Shown here piece by piece: positions 48,657 through 58,555 of a stretch of 64,000 nt of DNA (position 1 is the stretch's first letter; every line of letters begins with the position of its first letter). This DNA is from an uncultured Kiritimatiellota bacterium. GTDB lineage: Bacteria > Verrucomicrobiota > Kiritimatiellia > RFP12 > DVOR01. The notes beneath the pieces were generated by a model. That model was not told where the DNA came from. It saw only the letters and a list, made by a program, of their open reading frames with translations, and searched no databases. The stretch lies in contig CALXSF010000001.1 in the NCBI GenBank assembly GCA_944391055.1, positions 68,858 to 132,857 of the forward strand, given 5' to 3'. The position numbers and the translations under genes were made by a program.

Positions 48657-50162
48657 TCACAGCCAGAAGAGCCACCAGTCCAACCCCTCCTTGGTGCGTT
48701 CGATCCGGAAGAGCTTGTGGAGGAAGGAGAAGGACCACTCGTCGCTGTCTTTGTGGGTGGTGACATTGATGAAGGGGAAGGCGGCGCGGGTGACGGTGCC
48801 GTCGGCATAGCGGTTGTAGCGATAGAGGTAGCCGAGGATGCCCAGCGTCTCGGTGTCGTTCCGGGTCTTGAGGGAATGGTCGTAGAGCAGGCCGAAGAGG
48901 CTGCGGCTGCCGAAGGAACCGTCCCTTTGGCCTTCATACCGATAAACGAGCGGCGTGAGGACGGAGAGCTTCTCTTCGTAGAAGTCGTATTCGGGCGCCT
49001 CGGGCCGCTGGGAGTCGGCGGGCCATTCCCAACGGCGCTCGTCTGTGCGCTCATGGCTGTAGAGCAGGCCGAAGAGGCTGTCGGTGTCGACGTTGTCGAC
49101 GACCCTGCGGGATTTGTCGAAAGGCTTCTTGCAGTTTTGGGTGACGCGGTCTTCGATCGTTCGGTCGCGGTCGTAAAGCGCGCCGAGCAGGACGTTGGAG
49201 GAACGCTGGTAGGAGTCGTTGTCTTTCCCGTAACGATAACGGCTGATCGAGTCCGCGAAGAGCATCCTCCAAAGGAGGGAGGAGCCAGCGTAGGCATCGT
49301 CCTTGAACCTCCAAGAGACGGCATGGAGCGCGAGGCCATGTCTGGAGAAGTCGGTCTTGCCCGTCCGGAGGTCTTGGGTGAAGTTATAGGCGTAGAGGGG
49401 GGTGAAGTAGGAACGGGAGAGCTTGCTTGGGCCGGCGTCATAATCGAAGTTTTCCTTCCACCGCCAGAGCAACCACCCGAACGACTGCTCTCGCCAAGAC
49501 TGCCATTCCCATGGGTGCCGGACACTGACCGACCGCTCCGCGCCCAACGCCCCCAAGAGCACGGACCACTTGACGCCGTGTCGGGGAACCTCATTCAGCA
49601 AATCCGCCGGCAGGGCGCCTTGGGGCAGGGGATAGGTCTTCTCCATGCCCCACAGCACCAAGCCGAGGTTCCACCGTTCGCTGCGCGGGGCGAAACGGGT
49701 CGTGTCGCCGGTGCGGGAAGCGGTGCAGTGCCAATCGCGGCCCCAATTGAAGAGGAGGGGCGAGCCTACGGATTCATGATCCGTCCCCTCGGAGGCGTAG
49801 GCGAACGGAAGGAACATCCACCACGAGGGGCAACGGTAGAAGACCGGCCACACGCGGTATTCCCCGCTCTTGGGGGAGAGGGTGACGAACCAGCAGAAGT
49901 CGTGGATGCCGTGGTCGTGGTTGTAGACCGGCTGGATGGCGAAACACCCGGGCGAGACCTTGACGAAGGGCCACAGCCAATAACTCGCGCGGCCGTCGCT
50001 CAGATAGAGCGGCCAATAATTCACCACCGGGGAGGGCGCCTCCAACTCCCCGGCGGAACCATTCCTGAAGAGGGAGACCTCGTTGAAGGGCGTCCGCGCC
50101 TTCTGCAAACACCCGCAAAGGGCCAGCGCCATCGCCGCAAAGCCGATCCAAATGGTTCTCAT
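48657..50162 (-). CDS. Trp-rich repeat lipoprotein, unknown function
   Basis: MRTIWIGFAAMALALCGC lipobox. Repeated SLFGLLY / LLGALY motifs. 23 Trp in 501 aa. AAGGAAA RBS. Confidence 0.6.
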   Translation of the reverse strand: MRTIWIGFAAMALALCGCLQKARTPFNEVSLFRNGSAGELEAPSPVVNYWPLYLSDGRASYWLWPFVKVSPGCFAIQPVYNHDHGIHDFCWFVTLSPKSGEYRVWPVFYRCPSWWMFLPFAYASEGTDHESVGSPLLFNWGRDWHCTASRTGDTTRFAPRSERWNLGLVLWGMEKTYPLPQGALPADLLNEVPRHGVKWSVLLGALGAERSVSVRHPWEWQSWREQSFGWLLWRWKENFDYDAGPSKLSRSYFTPLYAYNFTQDLRTGKTDFSRHGLALHAVSWRFKDDAYAGSSLLWRMLFADSISRYRYGKDNDSYQRSSNVLLGALYDRDRTIEDRVTQNCKKPFDKSRRVVDNVDTDSLFGLLYSHERTDERRWEWPADSQRPEAPEYDFYEEKLSVLTPLVYRYEGQRDGSFGSRSLFGLLYDHSLKTRNDTETLGILGYLYRYNRYADGTVTRAAFPFINVTTHKDSDEWSFSFLHKLFRIERTKEGLDWWLFWL

Positions 50163-50460
50163 CCGCGTTTCCTTTCGTTGGGGCCCTGCCCTGTTCGGCG
50201 TTTGCCGGAAACGAGGAGAGTGTAACAGAAGTGGGGCTCTTTGTAAACCAAGCGGAAGGTTCGGGAAAGACGGGGGGAACGTTTCATGGCGGAGCGTCCT
50301 TCCGGGGGGCGTGCGGGAGATGGCGCTGGGGGGCTGCGCGCGTCGTGCTCGCCGGTGGCCTGCGGTCGCTGACGGCGGGGCCGTCGCGGCGTTCCGAGCC
50401 GCCCAATCCACGATTTCGCCTTGCCTCAGTTTCCCCGTCTCGCCCGCTTTGATTTAATGG

Positions 50461-52308
50461 TCAGAGCGTGAGGGCGGCGTCGGAGGGCATCCGCCAGTCG
50501 CCGCGGGGGGAGAGGGCGACGGTGCCGACCTTGGGGCCGTCGGGGATGGCGGAGCGCTTGAATTGCTGGGCGACGAAGCGGCGGCAGAAGATGGCGAGCG
50601 CGCGGTCGATGGCCTCGGCGTCGAAACGGTCGGCGAGGAGAAGCCCGGCGAGGTCGCGGAGCTCGGCGCGGGAGCAGCCGTATTTCATGAAGTAGTAGAG
50701 GAAGAAGTCGTGGAGGTCGTAGGCGCCGACGATGGCCTCGGTGTGCTGCTCGCCGGGGAGGAGCTCGGGGGAGACGGGGGTGGCGCAGATGTCGCGGAGG
50801 ATGGCGGCGAGGGGGGCGGGGGAGTCGGCGGCGACGGTCTCGACGCAATAGCGCACCAGGGTCTTGGGGACGCCGCAGTTGACGGCGTACATGCTCATGT
50901 GGTCGCCGTTGTAGGTGGACCAGCCGAGGGCGATCTCGGAGAGGTCGCCGGTGCCGACGAGGAGGCCGCCTTCTTGGTTGGCCAGATCCATGAGGATGTA
51001 GGTGCGCGCGCGGGCCTGGGCGTTCTCGTAGGTGACGTCGCGCACGGCGGGGTCGTGGCCGATGTCGCCGAAGTGCTGGGTGACGAGCGGGCCGATGGGG
51101 ATCTCGCGGAGTTCGGCGCCGAGCGCGTGGGCGAGTGCGGCGGCGTTGGCGTGGGTGCGCGCGCCGGTGCCGAAGCCGGGCATCGTCACGGCCAGGACGG
51201 TCTCGGGCGGGAGGCCGCGCGCGCGGCAGAGTCGGGCGCAGACGAGCAGGGCCAGGGTGGAGTCGAGCCCGCCGGAGAGGCCGAGGACCAGCCGCTTGGA
51301 GCGGGTGTGGGCGAAGCGTTTGGCCAGGCCGGCGGTCTGGATGCGGAGGATCTCTTGGCAGCGTTCGCGGCGGCCGGCGTCGTCTGCGGGGACGAAGGGG
51401 GCGGGGTCGAGCCCCGCCAGCGTGCCGTCGCTCTCGGGAAGGGGCGTGCCGCAGGGGACGAGGCGGTGGGGCGGGATGGGGAGCTCGGGGAAGGAGGTCT
51501 CGCGGCGGCGCACGGCGTCGACCCACGCGGGGCGGAAGTCCATGAGGGAGAGGCCCTCCTCCCAGCGGCTTTCGGCGAGGAGGCGGCCGTTGTTGGCGAG
51601 GAGGCGGTGGGCGCCGTAGACGACGTCGGTGGTGGATTCGCCGGGGCCGGCGGAGGCGTAGGCGTAGGCGCAGGCCAGGCGGGCGGATTGCAGGCGGACG
51701 AGGTCGCGCCGGTAGGCGGCTTTGCCGACGGCCTCGGTGGAGGCCGAGAGGTTGAGGATCAGGTGCGCGCGCGCGGCGGCCAGGCGGTGCGAGGGGGCGT
51801 CGACGGCCCACAGATCCTCGCAGAGCTCGGCGCCGAAACGGAAGGGCCCCGCGTCGAAGAGCAGATCCGCGCCGATCGGCACGCCGCCGACCGTCGCGCC
51901 GGGGGGTAGGAGCGCGGCGGGGACGAAGTGGCGTTTCTCGTAGAACTCGCGGTAGGTGGGCAGGTGGGTTTTGGGGACGTAGCCGAGGATCGCGCTACGG
52001 CGGAGGATGGCGGCGCAGTTGTAGAGCCGGTCGTCCACCGCCACGGGGAGCCCCACCGCGAGGAGGAACCCCTCGGGGAGCTCGGCGGTCAGGCGGCGGA
52101 GCGCGGCCTCGGTCTGCTCGGTCAGCGCCTGGCAGCCGAAGAGGTCGCCGCAGGTGTAGCCCGTGAGGGAGAGTTCGGGGGTGAGGAGCAGGGCGGCGCC
52201 TTGGGCGCTGGCCGCGCGGGCCTGGGCCAGGATGGCCTCGGCGTTGGCGGCGGGCGAGGCGACGGAAACGGCGGGCGACGCGGCGGCGACGCGGTAGAAG
52301 CCTTTCAT
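50461..52308 (-). CDS. nadE: Glutamine-dependent NAD+ synthetase (nitrilase plus NAD synthase domains)
   Basis: N-terminal CN-hydrolase (ELSLTGYTCGDLF). C-terminal SGGLDS PP-loop. Confidence 0.9.
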   Translation of the reverse strand: MKGFYRVAAASPAVSVASPAANAEAILAQARAASAQGAALLLTPELSLTGYTCGDLFGCQALTEQTEAALRRLTAELPEGFLLAVGLPVAVDDRLYNCAAILRRSAILGYVPKTHLPTYREFYEKRHFVPAALLPPGATVGGVPIGADLLFDAGPFRFGAELCEDLWAVDAPSHRLAAARAHLILNLSASTEAVGKAAYRRDLVRLQSARLACAYAYASAGPGESTTDVVYGAHRLLANNGRLLAESRWEEGLSLMDFRPAWVDAVRRRETSFPELPIPPHRLVPCGTPLPESDGTLAGLDPAPFVPADDAGRRERCQEILRIQTAGLAKRFAHTRSKRLVLGLSGGLDSTLALLVCARLCRARGLPPETVLAVTMPGFGTGARTHANAAALAHALGAELREIPIGPLVTQHFGDIGHDPAVRDVTYENAQARARTYILMDLANQEGGLLVGTGDLSEIALGWSTYNGDHMSMYAVNCGVPKTLVRYCVETVAADSPAPLAAILRDICATPVSPELLPGEQHTEAIVGAYDLHDFFLYYFMKYGCSRAELRDLAGLLLADRFDAEAIDRALAIFCRRFVAQQFKRSAIPDGPKVGTVALSPRGDWRMPSDAALTL

Positions 52309-52309
52309 C

Positions 52310-52489
52310 TCAGTTTCCTTTCGTGCGGCGCAGGCCGATGAGGAGCCCGATCCCCAGAAGCAGCTCGGCGGCCATCGCGGCGCCCAGCGCCCAAAGCGCC
52401 CAGCGGGCGAGGTCGGTGAGCAGGAAAAGGACAAGCCCGGCGATGATCGCCGCCTCGAGCAGGGCGAAGAGGATGAGCGCGCGCTTCAT
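52310..52489 (-). CDS. Small two-TM membrane protein (59 aa)
   Basis: MKRALILFALLEAAIIAGLVLFLL... ATGA overlap with the ligA stop. Sits 1 nt from the nadE start. Confidence 0.4.
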   Translation of the reverse strand: MKRALILFALLEAAIIAGLVLFLLTDLARWALWALGAAMAAELLLGIGLLIGLRRTKGN

Positions 52490-54705
52490 GCGAGGTCTCC
52501 GAGAAGGTCGTCCTGCACATAGGCGGGGGCGGCGGGTTTCGCGGGCGGCGGGGCGCCGAGGAGGGCGAGGAAGGCGGCTTCGTCGAGTACCGGGGTCCCG
52601 AGGGCCTGGGCCTTGTCCCACTTGGAGCCGCCGGGGTTCGCACCGGCGAGGAGGTGGGTGGTCTTCTTGGAGACGGCGCCTTGGACGGTGCCGCCGTTCT
52701 GGCGGATGAGCCGTTCGAAGGCCTCGCGGGGCTGGGAGAGGGTGCCGGTGATCACGAAGGCCTTGCCGGCGAGCGCGCCGCCGGTCGGGGCCTCGGCCTC
52801 GGCGGGCTTGGGGTCGATGCCCAGCGCGGCGAGGCGTTCGGCGAGGCGGCGGGCGTAGTCGGAGGCGACGAAGCGGGCCATGACGCGCGCCATCTCGGGC
52901 TTGATGGTGAGGAGGAAGCGCTTACGGAAGGATTTGGCGGGGTCGTCGCGGAGGATCAGCCCATGTTTGGCGAGCGCCTCGGCGCGGGCGGCGATCTCGC
53001 CGGTCAGGAGGTCGCGGTCGTCGGTCTTGCGTTCCGTGGCGGCGTAGAAGTCGAGCACGTCCCGGAAGAGCGCGCCGTCGCCGAGAAGGGCGGAGAAAGA
53101 GGGGAAGGGCGCGGCCACGATCCGGGCGGCGGCCAGCCCGATGCCGGGGAGGCCGAGGGCGTAGAGCCAGCGATGGAGCGGCAGGCCGCGGGCGCGCGCG
53201 AGGGCGGCGGCGACCTCCTGGGCGTTCTTGCCGAAGCGCCGCTCCGCGCCGTCGTCGCCCACCAAGCGGAAGTCGGCGAGCGCGGCGGGGTCGAGGGACC
53301 AAAGGTCGAGGGGGTGGCTGACGAGCCCGGCCTGGACGAGCGCCTCGGCCATGCGCCCGCCGATGGCGGCGATGTCGAGGGCGTTGCGGGAGACGAAGAG
53401 CTGAAGGTGCCCGACGCGCTGGGCGGGGCATTCGGGGTTGACGCAGCGTGTGGCGACCTCGCCTTCCAGCCGCTCGGTCTCGCCGCCGCAGACGGGGCAG
53501 CGCGCGGGGAGCGCGAAGGGCTCGGCGCCGGCGGGGCGGCGCTCGGGGATCACGCGGTCGACGGCGGGGATGACGTCGCCGTGCTTGGAGATCTCGACGG
53601 TGTCGCCGACGCGGATGTCCTTGTCGCGGACGTAGTCGGCGTTGTGGAGGGTGGCGCGGGCGATGACCGAGCCGGCGAGCGGCACGGGGTCGAGCTCGGC
53701 CACGGGGGTGAGGACGCCGGTCCGCCCGACCTGGACGGTGATGGCGCGCAGGCGCGTCTGGGCGCACTCGGGGGCGTATTTGTAGGCGCGGGCGGAGCGC
53801 GGGGCGTGGGCGGTGCTGCCAAGCCGGGCGTAAAGGCCGCGCTGGTTGACCTTGACGACCGCGCCGTCGATCTCGAAGGGGAACGTGTGGCGGAGCGCCT
53901 CCAGTTCGTCGACGGCCTCCAGCACCTGCCCGATGTCCAGGCAGAGGCGCCGCCAAGGGGGCGTGCGCAGCCCCCATTGGGCGAAGGCGCGCATGAGCTC
54001 GGTGTGGGTGGCAAAGGCGACGCCGTCCAGCGCGCCGGCGGCGTAAAGCACGGCGTCAAGGGGGCGTTTGGCGACCTCGCGGGGGTCGAGGAGCTTGAGG
54101 GAGCCGGCGGCGGCGTTGCGGGGGTTGGCGAACGGCTCGTGGCCGGCCTCCTCCTCGGCGCGGTTGAGCGCGGCGAAGCCGTCGCGCGGCATGTAGACCT
54201 CGCCGCGGACCTCGACGAGGGGCGCTTCGCAGGGGATGCTCAGGGGGATGGAACGGATGGTGCGGACGTTGGCCGTGACGTCGTCGCCGACCTCGCCGTT
54301 GCCGCGGGTGGCGGCGCGGACCAGGCGTCCGCGGCGATAGAGCAGCGAGAGGGAGACGCCGTCGATCTTGGGCTCCACCACATAATCCCAGGCGGCATCG
54401 GGAAGCTGCTGGCGGAGGAAGGCGTCGAACTGGAGCAGGTCGCCTTTGGCGTAGGTCTTGTCAAGGCTCCGCATGGGCGGGTCGTGACGGACCTTGGCAA
54501 AGCCCTCGAGGGGCTGCCCGCCGACGCGCTGGGTGGGGGAGTCGGGGGTGACGAGCTCGGGGTGGGCGCGTTCGAGGGCCACGAGCTCGTCCCACAGCGC
54601 GTCATAGTCGCGGTCGGAGATCTCGGGGCGGGCCTCGACGTAGTAGAGGCGGTCGTGGCGGAGGATCTCCGCGCGGAGGGCTTGGAGGCGTTCGGCGTCG
54701 GTCAT
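52486..54705 (-). CDS. ligA: NAD-dependent DNA ligase
   Basis: MTDAERLQALRAEILRHDRLYYV. KxDG adenylation motif (EPKIDGVSLSL). Zn finger, HhH, BRCT. The track ORF is over-extended 5'. Confidence 0.9.
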   Translation of the reverse strand: MTDAERLQALRAEILRHDRLYYVEARPEISDRDYDALWDELVALERAHPELVTPDSPTQRVGGQPLEGFAKVRHDPPMRSLDKTYAKGDLLQFDAFLRQQLPDAAWDYVVEPKIDGVSLSLLYRRGRLVRAATRGNGEVGDDVTANVRTIRSIPLSIPCEAPLVEVRGEVYMPRDGFAALNRAEEEAGHEPFANPRNAAAGSLKLLDPREVAKRPLDAVLYAAGALDGVAFATHTELMRAFAQWGLRTPPWRRLCLDIGQVLEAVDELEALRHTFPFEIDGAVVKVNQRGLYARLGSTAHAPRSARAYKYAPECAQTRLRAITVQVGRTGVLTPVAELDPVPLAGSVIARATLHNADYVRDKDIRVGDTVEISKHGDVIPAVDRVIPERRPAGAEPFALPARCPVCGGETERLEGEVATRCVNPECPAQRVGHLQLFVSRNALDIAAIGGRMAEALVQAGLVSHPLDLWSLDPAALADFRLVGDDGAERRFGKNAQEVAAALARARGLPLHRWLYALGLPGIGLAAARIVAAPFPSFSALLGDGALFRDVLDFYAATERKTDDRDLLTGEIAARAEALAKHGLILRDDPAKSFRKRFLLTIKPEMARVMARFVASDYARRLAERLAALGIDPKPAEAEAPTGGALAGKAFVITGTLSQPREAFERLIRQNGGTVQGAVSKKTTHLLAGANPGGSKWDKAQALGTPVLDEAAFLALLGAPPPAKPAAPAYVQDDLLGDLA

Positions 54706-55754
54706 GGGAGCAGCAGCAGGAAGACATAGACCGCCAGCGCCAGCGTGGCCAGCAGCGCCAGCGTCGCCAAGGCCGCCAGCAGACAGGAAGGGCGGCGGTG
54801 GCGGGCGGCGAGCTCGCGGCGGAAGGCGCGCAGGTCGGCGGTGGAAAGGCGGATGGTGCGCCCGGCGCGGGCGCGGGCCTCGGGGTCGGGCGGCGCGATG
54901 ACGGAACCTTCGGGGTCCGGCAGATCGGGCGAGACGCCGGCCGCGAGCTGGTGGAGGTCGAAAAGCGCCTCGTCCCAATCCGCGTAGCGGGCGGCGGGGT
55001 CACGCATCGTCAGGCGCGCCAGCACGGCCGCCAAGGCGGCGGGGAAGTTGGGGCTGATGTCGCAGGGCGAGGGCACGGCGCGGCTCAGCTTGGCCTCGTC
55101 GAGCGCCTCCGGGGCGATGGCGCCGAAGGGCACCTGCCCCGTGCCGAGCGCGTAGAGCGTCAGCCCCAAGGCGAACATGTCCGCGCGGGTGTCGGCGGTC
55201 TCGGGCGCGGAGGCCAGCTCGGGCGCGGCGTAGGGGCGCGCCGCGGGCGGGAGGGCCCAGTCGGGCGGGTTTGCCCCGCGCCCCGGCTCGAAACGCGCCA
55301 AGGAGACGTCGGGGAGGACAGGCTCGGAATCCTCCGACACATAAAGCGCGCGCGGGCAAAGCCCCGCGTAGAACATCCCCGCCCCGTGCAGTTCCGCCAA
55401 CCCCTCCGCCAGGCGCATGGCCAGGCGGACGATCTGCCCGGCGTCGAGCCGCCGCCCCGCCAGCAACTCCACGATGCCCTGCGCGTGCGGATCCTCCAAC
55501 ACCACGCAGGCGGCCTCGGGCGTGCGCAGCACGTCGATCACCTCGGGCACCAAGACACTCTTGATTTGCGCCAGCGCGCGGATGACGGCGAAGCGGCGGT
55601 CGCCCTCCGGGTTCTCGCCCATCTCCGCCCCGAAGACGGCCACCAGCACGTCGCGCTCCAGCGCCGTCTGCTCGGCGCGCCACAACTCGCCGCGCCCCGG
55701 CCGCGCCAACCGCTGCCGGAAGACCAATCCCTCAATGTCCGGATGGCTCTCCAT
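54702..55754 (-). CDS. Membrane-anchored Ser/Thr protein kinase-like pseudokinase
   Basis: Kinase-fold landmarks are retained (YAAPE, DMFALGLTLYALGTGQVPF). The VAIK Lys, HRD (YAGLCPRALYV) and DFG (LPDVS) are degenerate. C-terminal TM LLAALATLALLATLALAVYVFLLLL. Confidence 0.65.
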   Translation of the reverse strand: MESHPDIEGLVFRQRLARPGRGELWRAEQTALERDVLVAVFGAEMGENPEGDRRFAVIRALAQIKSVLVPEVIDVLRTPEAACVVLEDPHAQGIVELLAGRRLDAGQIVRLAMRLAEGLAELHGAGMFYAGLCPRALYVSEDSEPVLPDVSLARFEPGRGANPPDWALPPAARPYAAPELASAPETADTRADMFALGLTLYALGTGQVPFGAIAPEALDEAKLSRAVPSPCDISPNFPAALAAVLARLTMRDPAARYADWDEALFDLHQLAAGVSPDLPDPEGSVIAPPDPEARARAGRTIRLSTADLRAFRRELAARHRRPSCLLAALATLALLATLALAVYVFLLLLP

Positions 55755-55810
55755 GGCTCTCTAGTCTAGCATACTTCCCGCGCGCGCTCCGTCGCTTCGG
55801 CGCGCGGCGT

Positions 55811-56578
55811 TCATGGCGCGTCCTCCGGGAAGCGGAAGTCGGCGGCGCCTTCCAGGGCGGCGAGGGCTTTGCCCTGCGCGCGGCGGTAGGCGCCCTCCAG
55901 GGTTTGCGCGAAGGGTTCCTCGCCGCGCCAGTAGGGCAGGGGGCCTAGGCGGCGCGGCACCAGCCCGGCGTCGGAGGAGGGGTGCAGGCGCAGGATCTCG
56001 GCCTCCGGCGCCGTGCGCGGGGCGAGGCCGGGCGGCGTCTCGGGGAAGGCGATGCCGCGGAAGCGCAGGAGCAGCGAGGGATCGGCGGCGGCCGCGTCGG
56101 CGAAGAGGCAGAAGACGGCGGCCACGTGCTTGCAGGGGCGTGCCCAGTCCTTGCAGTCGCACGCCATCGCCAGATCCGCGCGGGCGTAGGGGAAGAGGCT
56201 CATCCCCGCCCCGCCCAACGCCTCCTCCAAGGCCATCGGCAGCCCGCGCGCCGCCAGGCGGGCCATCGTCATCGGGCGGGCGCGCAGCAGGGGCCAGACG
56301 CGCACGGCCTCCAGGGGGGGCATCCGAAGGGCGACGTGGTAGGGCGCGGCCTCGGCGCCCTGGACCTCGGCCTCGATGAGGCCGGGGCGGACGGTCAGCG
56401 CGCGGATCTGGCCTTGCTGCGCGTAGTTGCGGCCGCGCCCGAGGCGCGGGCCCATGCGCAGCCCCTCCAACCATTCCATGAGGCGGCGGCGCCACCAAGC
56501 GTCGCGCCGGCCGCCCTGGGGGCGAAGCCCGCCCCGGACGGTTTTTGCCAGACGCGGCGCGAAGTTCCGTTTGCCCAT
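55811..56578 (-). CDS. SWIM zinc-finger domain protein
   Basis: CDCKDWARPCKHVAAV (CxC..CxH SWIM signature). 255 aa. Confidence 0.6.
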   Translation of the reverse strand: MGKRNFAPRLAKTVRGGLRPQGGRRDAWWRRRLMEWLEGLRMGPRLGRGRNYAQQGQIRALTVRPGLIEAEVQGAEAAPYHVALRMPPLEAVRVWPLLRARPMTMARLAARGLPMALEEALGGAGMSLFPYARADLAMACDCKDWARPCKHVAAVFCLFADAAAADPSLLLRFRGIAFPETPPGLAPRTAPEAEILRLHPSSDAGLVPRRLGPLPYWRGEEPFAQTLEGAYRRAQGKALAALEGAADFRFPEDAP

Positions 56579-56585
56579 GCGCGCC

Positions 56586-57254
56586 TCACTCGTCGCCGAT
56601 GACGCCGGAGCAGAGGAAGTCGAAGGCGATGGTGTCGCCCGCCGATTCCGTCTCCCGCTCGTGGACGCGCAGGGTGAAGGGGCGCGTGGTGCCGTTGGCG
56701 CGGACGGTGATGGTGAAGCGCTCCTCCTCGGCCGCCCTGCCGCGCGTGCGCCAGTCGCCGCGCGCCTCCTCCTCCTCGGCGTCCTGGCCGGGGCGGCGGC
56801 GGTTGAAGTCCGCCCGGTCGCGGTCGCCCGCCGAGCGGCCTTGGAGGATGGAGTCGTCGTAGCCCACGAGGGCGAAGGCGACGTTGGCGTAGCGGCGGGT
56901 GAGGCCCACGCTCTCCACGTCCCCGGCCACGACGGCGTCGCGTCCGGGGCCTTGGGTCTCGCCCTCCTGCGACGCACCCTTGCCCGTCTGCGCGGGGGCG
57001 GCCGCCTGGTCGGGCGAGTCGAAGGCCGAGCGCACGCGGATCTCGCCGGGGGCGAAGTCGAGGAGGACGGGCTGTTGTGTCTGGAGGGCCATGTTGCGGG
57101 CGTAACGCATCAGGCGCAGGGTGTCCTTGGCGGCCATGGAGACTTGGGTGGAGGCCAAGGAGTCGAAGGACGGCACGGCGACGAACGCCATCGCCGCCAG
57201 AATCGCCAGGACGATCAGCAGCTCGATCAGCGTGAAGCCGCCGCGCATCCTCAT
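56586..57254 (-). CDS. Prepilin-type N-terminal cleavage/methylation domain protein (GspH-like minor pseudopilin)
   Basis: GGFTLIELLIVLAILAAMAFVAV. 222 aa. Acidic C-terminal region. ATGA overlap with the upstream FHA gene. Confidence 0.65.
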   Translation of the reverse strand: MRMRGGFTLIELLIVLAILAAMAFVAVPSFDSLASTQVSMAAKDTLRLMRYARNMALQTQQPVLLDFAPGEIRVRSAFDSPDQAAAPAQTGKGASQEGETQGPGRDAVVAGDVESVGLTRRYANVAFALVGYDDSILQGRSAGDRDRADFNRRRPGQDAEEEEARGDWRTRGRAAEEERFTITVRANGTTRPFTLRVHERETESAGDTIAFDFLCSGVIGDE

Positions 57255-57760
57255 GCGCCCATGACGCCCGTCAGCTTCAGCAGCAGCACCACCGCCAGCA
57301 CCACGATCGCCACGATGGAGGCGATGATGATGAGGTTCAGCGCCTTTTTGCTCTCCGATTTCCTGCCGAAGCCCTCGACGGGCTTGGTCGGCGTCACCGC
57401 CGGGCGCATGACGATGGTGGTGCGCGGGATGGAATCCACGCTCTCCACCTTGCCGGGCTCGGCCTCGGGCACGTCGTCCCCGCGGATTGAGAGCGCGATG
57501 TCGCCCAGCGTGATGACGTCGTTGCGGCGCACGGTGGTCATGGAGATGCGCTGGTCGTTCACCCGCGTGCCGTTTGTGGAGTCCAGATCCTTCACGCGCC
57601 AGCCGCCCTCGCACCGTTCGATGATGCAATGCTCCCCGGAGACGGAGGCGTTGGCGATGACGAAGTCGTTGGCGCTGTTGCGGCCGATGCGGATCTGATC
57701 CGCCGTCCACGAATAGGTCTTCCCGATTTCCTCGCCGTTGAGAATGGTGATGTTTGGCAT
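57251..57760 (-). CDS. FHA domain protein with a C-terminal transmembrane anchor
   Basis: FHA fold (IGRNSANDFVIANASVSGEHCII, DLDSTNGTRVN). C-terminal TM LNLIIIASIVAIVVLAVVLLL. Confidence 0.7.
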   Translation of the reverse strand: MPNITILNGEEIGKTYSWTADQIRIGRNSANDFVIANASVSGEHCIIERCEGGWRVKDLDSTNGTRVNDQRISMTTVRRNDVITLGDIALSIRGDDVPEAEPGKVESVDSIPRTTIVMRPAVTPTKPVEGFGRKSESKKALNLIIIASIVAIVVLAVVLLLKLTGVMGA

Positions 57761-57840
57761 ATGCGCTCCTTAAATAGGCTACGGGGAAAGTATAGGAAAC
57801 AACGCGCCACCCTGTCAAGAAAGCCTTCGCGCCGGGGCGC

Positions 57841-58410
57841 TCAGAGGCGCAGGGCCCCCTGGCGAAGGATGCGGGGCTTGCCTTCGGGCGAGAGCGCCGC
57901 GACGGTCGAGGCCACGCCCAGGCGCGCCGGGCCGCCGTCGAGCACCAGATCCACCGCGCCGCCCAAGGCCTCGGCGGCCTCTCGCGCGTCCTTGGCCGGC
58001 GGCTCGCCGCTGAGGTTCACGCTTGTGCAGCGCAGCAGCCCCCCGCAGCGGGCGAGGAGCGTGCGCAGGGGCGCCAGGTCGGGCACGCGATAACCTTCCG
58101 TTCGGCCTCCCTGGCCGGCCTGCAGCACCAACGTCAGCGCGCCGGGCCAATGGGCGGCCAGCCGTTCGGCCTCGGGCGAGCGCAGGGCGCCGTCCGCCCA
58201 CACCGCCGCGGCGTCGGCCGCGAGCAGTTGGAAGGGTTTGGCCCGGTCGCGGCGTTTCATCGCGCGGATGCGCTCCAAGGCGTCGGGGAAGGCTGGGTGG
58301 CACGCCACGCCGTAGACCGTTTCCGTCGGCACGATGACCACGCCCCCGCGCGCCAGCAGCCCTGCCGCCCGCGCGATGCCCGTCTCGTCGAAGGGGATGA
58401 TTTCCGCCAT
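57841..58410 (-). CDS. tsaC: L-threonylcarbamoyladenylate synthase (YrdC/TsaC family)
   Basis: VIVPTETVYGVACHP, 189 aa. Confidence 0.8.
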   Translation of the reverse strand: MAEIIPFDETGIARAAGLLARGGVVIVPTETVYGVACHPAFPDALERIRAMKRRDRAKPFQLLAADAAAVWADGALRSPEAERLAAHWPGALTLVLQAGQGGRTEGYRVPDLAPLRTLLARCGGLLRCTSVNLSGEPPAKDAREAAEALGGAVDLVLDGGPARLGVASTVAALSPEGKPRILRQGALRL

Positions 58411-58555
58411 GGCTGCTTGTCATTCCTTTCCCAAGCGGCTCAATCGGTGGCGCAATGGCCGAATTGTCGATTGGACGAACAGGGGGAGGGAGGTGGCCCG
58501 TCGGGTGGCTTGAGCGTCACACGGCGGGCGCACCTGGGTCTGCCCATCCGGCGCC

